This document shows, one piece after another, positions 51,065 to 61,905 of a stretch of DNA of 64,000 bases. How positions within the stretch are numbered: position 1 is the stretch's first letter; every line of letters starts with the position of its first letter. Position numbers and translations under genes: made by a program. Below the pieces are notes generated by a model. That model did not search any database. It was given only the letters and a program-made list of their open reading frames with translations, and was not told the origin of the DNA. This DNA is from Anolis carolinensis (Eukaryota): contig NC_085842.1 of assembly GCF_035594765.1 (NCBI RefSeq), positions 109,034,782-109,098,781 on the forward strand, written 5' to 3'.

Positions 51065-51725
51065 AAGGGCCGGGAGGGCTTTTGCACAATTAAAACTCGT
51101 GCACCAACTGCATCCGTACCTCTAAAAGTCTGATCTGGCCACAGTGGTCCACGCCTTAGTTACATCTTGGATAGATTACAGCAATGCACTCTACTTGGGG
51201 CTGCCTATGAAGACGGTTCAAAAACTGCAATTTGTGCAGAGAGCAGCTGCCCGATTTCTAAAAGCAGCTGACTACAGGGAGCATACTCCTCCCTTGTTAA
51301 AGCAGCTCCACTGGCTGCCTGTGAGTTTCAAGGCCCAATTAAAAGTGCAAGTTATCACCTATAAAGCCCTTTATGGTTCAGGCCTTTAGGTCCTCAGGAG
51401 TGGGGGCTTCTCACGGTCCCACCAAGATTGACTATTTTTAGTATGATGATGGACCTTTAGCCTTGTCAATATCTATTGGTTTTAACTGGTCTTGTCTCCA
51501 CGGTATAATATGTCTTAAACCCAGTACAATTTTTAACATATGCATTTATTTATTGCGATATTGTTTTTAAAGTTTTAAATGATTATTAGTTATATTATAT
51601 ATTATGTCTTTTTTTTTTTTTGCTTATGTATGTACAGTATTGGGATTTGATTTTGTGGTGAGCCGACCCAAGTCCTTGTGGAGAGGGGGCGGGATATAAA
51701 TAAAGTTTATTATTATTTATTATTT
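51065..51725 (+). mobile_element. L2 LINE 3' fragment in cytokine B intron 3
   Basis: VHALVTSWIDYSNALYLGLP..LQFVQRAAAR..LHWLPV; tail gggatataaataaagtttattattat. Confidence 0.85.
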
Positions 51726-52513
51726 GTTCAAAACTGTTTTCACATTGAAATGAATAAGAATTGAAATGGGTGGGTTTCAGCTTCATTGTTCTGCCTCCTT
51801 CCAAGAAGAAAATCTTGGTGCCTACTTGCTGAAGATGGAAATATATATTGCCCTATGGCATGTAAATTAAACCCACCCAGTCATTAGAATCAGTATGAAA
51901 CGACAAGACAACTGTGTTTTGGACATATATTTAAATCATTAAATGGTCAATCTATAAAGGGATTAAATAGAGTATAGACTATTCTTAGTATGATGATAGG
52001 CTTTTAACCTTTTGGCCTTTTAGCCTTGTTGGAAAGATCATGCATCAGATCTCAATAATCGTCATGTATGTCCTTTTTGTAAATTTGGTATTTTGAACTG
52101 TGAATATGAGCCCATAACAGTTTCAGTTGGATTCTTAATTTCCTGACAATATAGGAATAGTTATGAGGATCAGGAGAGGTTATCAGCCTGCCCTTGTGGC
52201 CACTTGTCCCTCTTCTGAATGGGGTGATGCTGGGGTGCAACTTTCACAAGCAGAAACAAAGCAGTTCTGTAGGGCTGCTCTGTTTCTTCTGGTGTCTCTT
52301 TATCTCGGTCAGGGTCACGTGATTTATCAACCACATTCATATCAGAGACAATCTTGTATTTCCTTATTTCAAGAGACACCAGACTTCCCTTTACATGAGA
52401 TGTGTCTAAAGATGGGAGACTGTGGTCCATGTTATTTTATTCCCATAACAGCTGGTAGGGAACCATTGAAGCTGAACAAAGATCACAGATCTGTTGTACT
52501 TTCTTGTTTACAG

Positions 52514-52627
52514 GTCAGCTGCCAGTCATCAAACCATCACATCGTCCACATCACTCTGAAGGCGTTCTGCCCCAGACTGCTCAATTATGTCCAGACATTG
52601 TACAACATATGTGCAAAACGATATTAA
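52514..52627 (+). CDS. Cytokine B exon 4 (helix D, stop)
   Basis: tttcttgtttacag|GTC...TAA; 114 nt; VSCQSSNHHIVHITLKAFCPRLLNYVQTLYNICAKRY*; aligns without gaps to IL-4 helix D (TLENFLERLKTIMREKYSKC, recalled). Confidence 0.9.
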   Translation, partial: VSCQSSNHHIVHITLKAFCPRLLNYVQTLYNICAKRY

Positions 52628-54308
52628 TCAGGAAAGTTTCTTTTACCAGAGAATGGAGTCAATATTTTTCTGACAAATCAAGGCCTCCCCAGTGTTTCTT
52701 ATTCTTAAATTATGCTTTCAAGATGTAATTGGAATAATCAGAATATAAAAATATACACACAAACCACTTTCTTGTGCATCCCTGTATACAAGCACATAAG
52801 ATGGAGCATGGGGAAAGGGTATGTGCAGGAATGTGATTTGCATTGTATGTTTTTCACTCATTCATCTGTCTGATGGGTGGATGAATAGACTCTTATCAGT
52901 AGTTTCTGCTGTGACATAGATGATAATCAAGGGTGCTAAAAGCTTTTTTCATAGGCCGAAGATTTAAACCACATCCTATGTTGCAAATTTATTTATTTTC
53001 TCAACTTTTTGGAGTATCTATATTTTCCAGATGATTGCTTCTTTCTACACCAGCACCAGCCTCCTGTTTGTTCCCTAGCCAATTGTTCAGACTTATGTGA
53101 ATGAATTTGCTATTCATTCAACACTGACCTTAGAGTAAGGGGGAGAAATAAAACATGTCCTTAATGACACTTCCTAAAAACCACATGCAAGAAAATATAG
53201 CAGCAGCTTTGTCTTATATGAAGTTGGTCTGATGAAGTACGGGTTGAGTATCCTTTCTCTTAAATGCTTGTTACTGGAAGTGTTTTGGATTTTGGTTTCC
53301 CCCCATATTTTGGAATACCTATATTTGCACAGACATAGGTGGTGAGATATTTTGGAGATAGGACTCAGGTTTTAACAAAAAATTCATTTAAGTTTTATAT
53401 ATGCTTTTTACACATAGTCTGAAAATAATTTTGTACAATATTATTTTAATGTACACAAAGTTTGCACACATTGAATCATCAGGAAGCAGAGGAATCACAA
53501 TCTGTCACCCATGTGGACAATTGCAAATTTGAAATCTTTTTGATTTTGGTGTTCTGGGTAAGGAATGTTCAACTTATATAACGGGTAATTTCAAAAAGAA
53601 AGTATATTTCATTATGTGATCTTTGTTTTTCTTTACTTCCTTCTGAATCTTGAGCAATATAGGGTGCTTATGATAGTGGAAACCATGTGACTTTCCAGAT
53701 GCATTTGGACTGCAAGTTCTAACAGCCTTAGCATGTCTTAAAATAACAAATGTTAGGAGTTGCAGTCCAGTAATATCTGGTGGATACTGATAACTTTTGT
53801 TCACTGGTAACTTATTATGGTGTATGACATATGTAGGCATAGTTCACCTTATGCCAGTGTATGTCTTTTGTTTGTTTGTATCAGATTCTCTTGACCACCC
53901 TCTTGATTTCCCTTCCCATAGCTGTGCAGTGGCTGGTGGAGGCAGACAAACACCTTGCTACGTGACTACAACCAAGTGGGTATGAATGAGGCCATCCTCC
54001 AGAACCTCCAGAAGACTCCTGGAAGGTCCTAGAAGGTGCCTTTATTGTTGTGGGTCTGGTTGTAGTCACACAATCAGATGTTTACTGGCCACCCACTGGT
54101 CACTCCATGGCAATGGGTGGGAAAGTGAGTCCTATAAGCGTGGAGGAGACAGAGAGATATTTCATATTTCTGTTGTGGCAAATGTTACATCTCCCAATGC
54201 AGGTTCTTAGACCATATTTAATTCATAGCAAATGGTTGCTATGCTTATCTACAAAAATGGAAGAATGAGTGAAAGTATTAATGTCCTTTACTTTGTTTGG
54301 CACTGTGT

Positions 54309-54490
54309 AATATTTATTTTTTAAAGTATTTTAAAAGTATTTTAAAGTAAATCTTCTCAATCATTTAAATTATTTCAAACCAGAATAATTACATGCCAGT
54401 ATTTAATATTTAAATATATCTATTGTGCTGTTCTTTTTAAAACTTTATCTGGTTATTGTTTTTATTTGTATGAATTTATAAATTAATAAA
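54309..54490 (+). terminator. Cytokine B 3'UTR AU-rich elements and candidate poly(A) signal
   Basis: Several ATTTA pentamers incl. TATTTAATATTTAA (also in cytokine A UTR), AATAAA 54485-54490. Confidence 0.55.
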
Positions 54491-54657
54491 CATTTTGCAT
54501 TAAAAATGAAGCAATGTCGTTTTTAAGGTGGCACAGTTTCCCTGTTCAGTCATGACAATATCATACACCAAACATGGCATCGTATCACACCAATTCACTT
54601 TTTCATCTGTTGGACTAGCATAACTCAAAAGGGCCCCTCAAAACCTTCCTTTTAAAC

Positions 54658-55076
54658 CAGTGGTTCCCAATCTGTGGGCCGCAGCCCAGCAGTGGGCCAT
54701 AAAAGTGAAAATCCATTCTGCGAACCTCCTTCCTCTTTATTTTATGTTATTCATTTTATTTTTGCAGAGCTGACCATTGCATTGGATAGACCACTTCAGC
54801 TCTAGATTATTAAATATGGTTTTCTGTGGGTGAACTGATGGGAACTACTGGATGGCATATGTTCTGTGTCAGAAACTAGAACTGATGTGGTCTATCCAAT
54901 GCAAATTTCTGAATCAGCACCCCAAATAACCAAATCGATTCTAAAGTTGATGAAAAACGTATTTGCAACCCTTTTGGTACTAATGTTGAAGAGTGGCTCC
55001 TGGTCAAAGTGGTCCCCAGTCAAAGTGGTTCCCCGGTCAAAGTGGGCCCTGGTCAAAAAAAGGTTGGGACCCACAG
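54658..55076. mobile_element. Non-autonomous hAT element
   Basis: CAGTGGTTCCCAA...TTGGGACCCACAG, TSD TTTTAAAC/TTTTAAAT. Confidence 0.75.
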
Positions 55077-55129
55077 TTTTAAATCATGCAGCCCTCTCAA
55101 CTGAGGCATTTCCAAGGCACTGGAAAGTA

Positions 55130-56134
55130 AAATTAGCACATGTGGTAGTTGGTGCACCTGTGCAGCAATCAACGGAAACCTCTGAAAAGCTGAAGGCTTG
55201 TGGCTATGGCCCCGCCCACCCTCACCAGAGGGAGATATAATCAGAGCAAGGGGCTGTAGCCTTAGTTCCCTGCCGCCATGCATCGGCTCAAGGCATGAGT
55301 CATGTATGCGGGGAGGATGGGCAGGGATGTGCTAATTTCATAGATCACCACTCAAAGAAACATGGTTACAGGTAAGCAACCATGCTTTCTCCTTCGTGGT
55401 GTCTGTTGAAATAAGCACATGTGGTAGACTAGCAAGCCACGTACCTTGGTTGGCGGGTATCATGCCACCTCCGAGACGAGAACCGCTCTGCCAAATGCGG
55501 TATGTCTCCTTGACTGGATGTCCAATTTATAATGAATTGCAAAGTGGGGTCGACCAAATCGCTGCTCTGCAAATATCATCCAAGGCAGGGGTCCCCAAAC
55601 TACGGCCCGGGGGGCCACATGGGCCCATCAAAGCCATTTATCCGGCCCCTGAAGTGGCGGCTCCCTCCTCCTCCGCTGAGGAAAGCATGTGAAGCATGAA
55701 GCAGGGAAACGTACACGCCTTTCCTTCCTCCCTGCCCCCACGTGCACCTTTCCTGCTGCCACTGAGGAAGGCGCACATGGTGCGAGGGAAGAGGTAAAGG
55801 TGCGCACTTTTCCCACCTCCTCCCTTGCCCGGGGCGCAGTTTCCAAAGATTTGCTTGTATTTATAATGGTATTTTAATTATTATTTAATTATTAATTAAT
55901 TAATTATTAAGGGATGCTTTGATAGTGCTTTTGGTGCACAAAGGAAGAAGGGGGTTGGACTAAATGGCCCAAGGAGTCTCTTCCAACCCTTGTTGTTGTT
56001 GTTGTTGTTGTTTTTGTTGTTATTAACATTGAGGCTTGGTGGCCATCTGTCAGGGGTGCTTTGCTTGTGTTTTTGGTGCGAAAAGGCAGAAGGGAGTTGG
56101 ACTAAATGGCCCAAGGGGTCTCTTCCAACCCTCT

Positions 56135-56165
<31 letters not shown>

Positions 56166-59100
56166 TTATTAACATTAAGGCTGTATTAGTTTCCGTTTTG
56201 TTTTTTTTACTTCAAAATAAGTTATGTGTAGTGTGCATAGGATTTTTTTTCATATACTTTTAAAAACTATAGTCCGTCCCTCCAACAGTCTGAGGGACTG
56301 TGAACTGGCCCCCTGTTTAAAAAGTTTGGGGTCCCCTGATCCAAGGGAACACCTCAAAGATATGCTATCGAGGTAGCTAACGCCCTAGTTGAGTGGGCTT
56401 TCAAATGGGGTGGTGGATCTTTTTGAGACAACTGGTAAGCCAGCTTGATGGTGAAGCTGATAAGCGTTGTGGCAAGATCACCATTCCTTTGGCGCCATTG
56501 CGATACTTCACAAAGAGCTTATGTGTCTTACGAAAACCCTTGGTTCTATCCAAATAGAAAGTGAGTGCCCTCCGGGCATCCAGCATATGAAGGGATTGTT
56601 CGAGGCTTGTATCAGGGTTCTGAAAAAATCCTGGAAAAATGATGTCTTGCAACATGTGAAAGGCAGAGGCAACTTTTGGCAAAAAAAGTAATATCTGTTC
56701 CTAGAACTACCTTATCATGGTGAAATCAGAGATAGGGCTCATCTGCAAGCAATGCGCAGAGCTCACTGGCTCTTCGAGCAGTCGTGACTGCTACAAGGAA
56801 GGCCGCTTTCCAAGAAACATAAGGAACTTCAGCAGAAGCCATTGGCTCGAAGGGAGCTTTCGTTAATGCAGACAAAACTAAATCTAAACACTAAGCTGGC
56901 GGTGGGGTTACCAGTGGTCGAAGATTCTTGTAACCCCTAAGAAACAGTTGAATTAAGGAAACTTGAAAACATGAAGGGGCTCCTGCTCGACGTTGATATG
57001 TAGATATCGCGGTGAGATAACATTTAAGGGATGATAGGAATAGATTATCATGGGCTAACCACTGAAGGAAGTCCAGAAGCAAAGGCGTAGGTGCTTTCAA
57101 TGGCTCTATACCATGCTGATGGGTGAAAGTAGAGAATCTTCCCCAGTTTGCCGCGTAGGACCTCTGTGTGGAGGGTCTGTGTGTGGCATCTAAAACCTGT
57201 GTCATGGCTGCTGAGAGTTGCACTGCCGAAGGCACCAAGCTGTCAGACGCAGGATTTGAAGGTTGGAGTGAAACACTGCTCCATCTTGAATGGACAGAAG
57301 ATCCGGCCTTTTGCTGAGGGTGAGATAGTTGTTTGCCACCATCATGTTGAAGAATGGAAACCACGGTTGCCGTGGCCACCATGGTGCTATGAGAATAGCA
57401 TTGATGTTGTCTGCATATGCCTTGGTGATGACTCTCATCAACAGAGGTATTGGCGGGTCGATATACAGGAAGAGGCCATTCCAATTGAAGAGGAATGCAT
57501 CTCCCAGAGAGCCATTGTGCTCATCCTGCATCCTTCTGGTACAGTAGAGGGGACATTTGGCATTTTGCGGTGTTGCAAACAGATTGATGGATGGCTGTCC
57601 CTATTGCTGAAACAACCGGTTCACTTTGTCATGATGGAGAGACCATTAGTGGTACAAAGACCAAGTCCTGCTGAGACAGTCAGCCATCACATTGTTCTCT
57701 CCTGGAAGATGAACAGCAGTGAGGCGTATCCCCCTTGGCAGACACCAATCCCAGATTTGCAGGGTGAGACAAAGTAGAGAGTGGAATCTTGTTCCTACCT
57801 GCTTGTCCAGGTACTACATGGCAGTGGTGTTGTCCATACAGATTTGGACAATATGGCTGCGAAGAGAGTTTTCGAATGCTCTGAGAGTCTTCTGTACAGC
57901 AATAAGCTCCAACAGGTTGATGTGACAAGCCGCTTCAGATGGCGACCAGTGGTCTTGTATTGCAGGAGTGCTGGAATGAGCTGCCCATCCTTGAAGAGAG
58001 GCATCCATGGTCACCACTCTTGATGGACCTTTCATGCGAAACGACATGCCAACACAGACATTCTGGTGGGATGTCCACCACTGCAGGGACTTGTGTACGG
58101 CTGAAGTTGGTACTAGAAGTCAGAGAGGGCTGTGATGAAGAGGGTTGAATACCCTTAAAAACCATGCTTGCAAAGGTCGAAACAGAAGGTGAGTGAATGG
58201 CATCACTGCCATAGTTGAGGCCATGTGGCCTAAGGTGGACTGAATGTGTCTCGCTGACACACTTGGCTGATGTATGACCTTTTGGACAGCAGAGCACAGG
58301 TTCTGGAAATATGCTTCTGGAAGGTATGCCTTTTGCATGAGAGTGTTGAGGCAGCCTCTGATAAACTGAATATCCTGTGTAGGATCTAAGTGTGATTTCT
58401 TGCGGTTGACCAAAAGGCTGAGGTCCTGAAGGAGAGAAGGAGTGACTTCTATATGATGGAGGAGATGAGATTGAGAAAGACCGACCAAAAACCAGTCATC
58501 GATATATGGAAAGACTGTAATGCCCTTCAGTCGTAAGTGAGCTGCTACAGCTGCCATCACCTTTGTGAAAACCCGGCGTGCAGTCAAAATCCCAAAAGGA
58601 AGGACCTGAAAAGAAAAAGGCACAATTGCCCCTTTCTCAAGTAGGGCCCTAACCTCATCCCAAAGCACAGAGGATGGTGCTCTAGTGTGAATGAAACTTA
58701 ATGGTGGAGTTTTCTCAAATTCAATGGCATAGCCATGTTGAATGACATCAAGAACCCATTTGTCAGTAGTAATAGCCTGCCATGCAGAAAAAAATCTAGC
58801 CAGTCATGTGCCAAAGCGAACATGTTCTGGCTGGTGAGAAATGGGTTTGATTGAAGGGAAACACCCAAAATCTTGTGAACCTGTGGAGGTGAAGGGGTAC
58901 CACACCCATGCGGAGACAATATAGTCATAAGGGAGGGTGAAAGATTGTCGCTAAAAACGTCATTTTGCCTTCTGTTGGGGTTGATCTTTAAACTGCTGGC
59001 GTGCTTTAGCCTGTAGCTGTGGAGAGCGTGGCACTCTTGTTTGCATTGATGGCCTAAGAGAAGGTAGGTATGTCTTTCTGGAATAAGAGGAAGATGAAGA

Positions 59101-59939
59101 AACCCTATTTTTGGGTTGGTAAGTAGACTGCTAAAAACCATATTTTTGTGCAGATTGTCTGACCTCCTTGGACTCTTTAAGGTTAGTGTTTGTATCAGGA
59201 TGAAACAATCCGTCATCATGAGCAGGGAGATCCTTGGCCAGTATCTTTCCTTCTTCAGACAGAGCTGAGGTACGCAGCCATGCTTGTTGATGCAGGAATG
59301 TGGATAATGCAAAGAGTTTTCCAGTGTTATCTGCAGAGTGCTGGGTCGTGTACTTTTGAGCATGGCACAGAAGTTTCTCTCAACAGTAAGCCTTAGGCAT
59401 GGTTTGCTGCTTGGAGGGCAAGAGATCAAGGTAAGGCCTAACCTTCTGACACAAGAAGTGTTGATATGAAGCCATATAGGCACCATAGTGTGCCATGTGC
59501 ATGCTCATGTTTGCATTGGCATGTGCTTTCCTTCCCATAGTGTCCAGTTTTTCCCCTCTTTGTCAGATGGTGTGGGTTGAGTGGTATGCAATCACTTACA
59601 CTTGGCCATGTTGACGACTACTGTATTAGCTTTAGGAGGTTTGGCTACCCATTCCGCAGATGTTAGGTCAATGTGGTACCTCGTATCCCATTGACGGGAG
59701 GCACCCGGAACAGCAGACGGCGCCTGTAAGTCAGAGAGGTTTCTAGTCTGCTGCAGCAAGGGCGACGCAAAAAAAAGGAACTAAGGCTACAGCCCCTTGT
59801 TCTGCCTATATCTCCCTCTGGTGAGGGTGTGTGGGGCCATAGCCACATGCCTTCAGCTTTTCAGAGGTTTCCATTGATTGCTGCACAGGTGCACCAACTA
59901 CCACGTGTGCTTATTTCAACAGACACTATGAAGGAGAAA
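55130..59939 (-). mobile_element. DIRS1-like tyrosine-recombinase retrotransposon (decayed)
   Basis: RT (VLPFGI, YIDDW), RNase H (TMDASLQGW, HINLLEL, MDNTTA), methyltransferase-like (NLFAT, YIDPP, APWWPRQPWF), YR (LDARRALTFYLDRT); inverted terminal repeats 55137-55269 / 59777-59910; ICR 55386-55427. Confidence 0.92.
55586..56338. mobile_element. hAT MITE nested in the DIRS YR gene
   Basis: TIR CAGGGGTCCCCAAACT, 8-bp TSD ATCCAAGG; carries CR1-tail-like segments. Confidence 0.85.
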
Positions 59940-60563
59940 CAGCATTGCTCACTGCCCTACTCTTTACTGCCTCAGAAATTCCTCTGTTGAGGATGAGACA
60001 GTATGGCTTAAATAAGCCTGCATGACCTGTGGTCCTCCAGGTGTTTGGGACTCCCAACTCCCAGAAGACCTAGCCAAGCTGTCCAATAGTCAGAAATTCT
60101 GGGAGTTGGAGTCCAAAACATCTGGAAATCCAGAGATTGTGTAGGCCTGGCTTAAAAAATAATTTTGTGTGTAGAGATCTTCCACAGGACCAGATGCCCA
60201 CTTTGGAGTAGACAAAAGGATTACTCCTTAACCCAGCTATAGAGCTATGCCACACTTCAATATTCTGAGGTGATAATGACAAAACAAATAAATAATTCAG
60301 CCAAAAATAGCAGGCAATTCACAAATATGACATACCAAGAACTGTTGAACAACCCTAGCAACACAGGAAAGAATCCACCCTGTGGCAGCATAGAAATCTT
60401 ACTTCTCTACCATTATTGTGTATATTCACTGCCATCCACATCAGCAAATGTGATGCAAGTCTGGCTTGGTGTAGGCCAGGAGTGAGGATACCCTGACACC
60501 AAGGTGATATTGTTGTGTGCCCTCAAGATTGTAATGATTCTAAGGACAACTTATTATGGGGTT

Positions 60564-60850
60564 ATGGAGCCCATGGCGCAGTGAGTTAAACCCGTGTGTG
60601 GCAGGACTGCTGACTCGAATGTTGGGTTGGGTTGACCTGAAGGTTGCCAGTTTGAATCCAACCCGGGAAGAGTGAAGATGAGTTGCTCTATCAGCTCCAG
60701 CTCCATATGGAGACACAAGAGAAGCCTCCCACAAGGATGGTAAAAACATCAAAACATCTGGGTGTCTCCTAGGCAACCTCCTTGCAGGCGGCCAATTCTC
60801 TCACACGAGAAGTTACTTGCAGTTTCACAAGTCGCTCCTGACATGAAAAA
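60564..60850 (+). mobile_element. Sauria SINE
   Basis: ggagcccatggcgcagtgagttaaacc...aagtcgctcctgacatgaaaaaaa. Confidence 0.8.
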
Positions 60851-61864
60851 AATCATGGGGTTTTCTTGGCAGGATTTCTTCAGAGGTGGTTTGTTGTTGC
60901 CTTTCCTCTAAAGTCGAAAATGTGAGCCTCTCCCAAGGTCACCCACTGAGTTTCCATGACTGAGCAGGGATTCAAACTATAGTCTCAAACCATTACACCA
61001 TACTGGCTCTGTAGTTCTTCGTCCATCTTTCCTATTTTTTCCCTAAAGAAGGAAGTGCCCCCTTTAATCTGTTCTGAACCATCTAGAGCTTTTACTATTG
61101 TGATATATGAAGAAAACCCCTCAAGATGCATAATTTTATAGAGTAATATGCCCACTCTTTTGTCTTTTCCTCTATAATCTTTCTTCATAGGGGAAGTTGT
61201 TCCAGCTCCTTAATAGTTTTGTTCATGGAAACTTATGCAGCTGCACAATATGGGGAGGTACAATAATATTTGTGATGCAATTATGTTTGCAGCATATATT
61301 TGTGTAAGGACATGATATCTGTAGTTTCATTTTCAGTTCCTTTCCTGATAATCTTTACAGCAAGTGCTTCTTACCTGAAGTCACACACTGGGGATCCGTT
61401 TACAGCACAAAATACAATTACTATGCTACTATAACTACCACAACTGCATCCTACAGAATCTTGGTTTTTGTACTTTGATCAGTGTTAACACTGACCACGT
61501 GGCTGCCAATACATTTTCCAGAATGAGCACTGAAAAACAGTGCTCCAAAGAGAGCTTCTCTCTTTCTCCACTCATTCAGTATTGTATGCCAGACTGTTCA
61601 CCTGCCAGCTGAATATGTTGCTGTTGGTTCGCTTGTTCCCCCATTCCTCCAAAATCTACTCTGGAGGGTTTAAGCCAGACATTTTCAAACTGTCACCTTC
61701 CAGCTGTCTCAGCCTCTAATTCCCAGAAGCCCCAGCCAGCTTGTTCAATGGTCAGGAATTCTGGGAGTTGGGAGCCCAAACAGCTGGAGGGCCGCAGTTT
61801 GCAGGTGCCTGGTTTAAGCAGTAAAGCCCTATCTGCCATCATGAGGCTGGGTAGATCCCAGAAT

Positions 61865-61905
61865 GACAACAAAACCACATACACTGGAAATCCAAGGTGT
61901 TTATT
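61865..61905 (-). terminator. Poly(A) site of a convergent gene (KIF3A expected by synteny)
   Basis: Minus strand AATAAA (61900-61905), CA about 13 nt downstream, then GU-rich GTGTATGTGGTTTTGTTGT; no coding exon in window. Confidence 0.5.

Noticed and set aside
52163-52513. N-terminal 117 codons of the 154-aa ORF
   Set aside because: Intronic; strong acceptor at 52513 and homology to cytokine A begins only after it
31035-52627. Assigning symbols IL13 and IL4
   Set aside because: Position fits, but the two proteins resemble each other more than either mammalian gene; orthology needs a phylogeny
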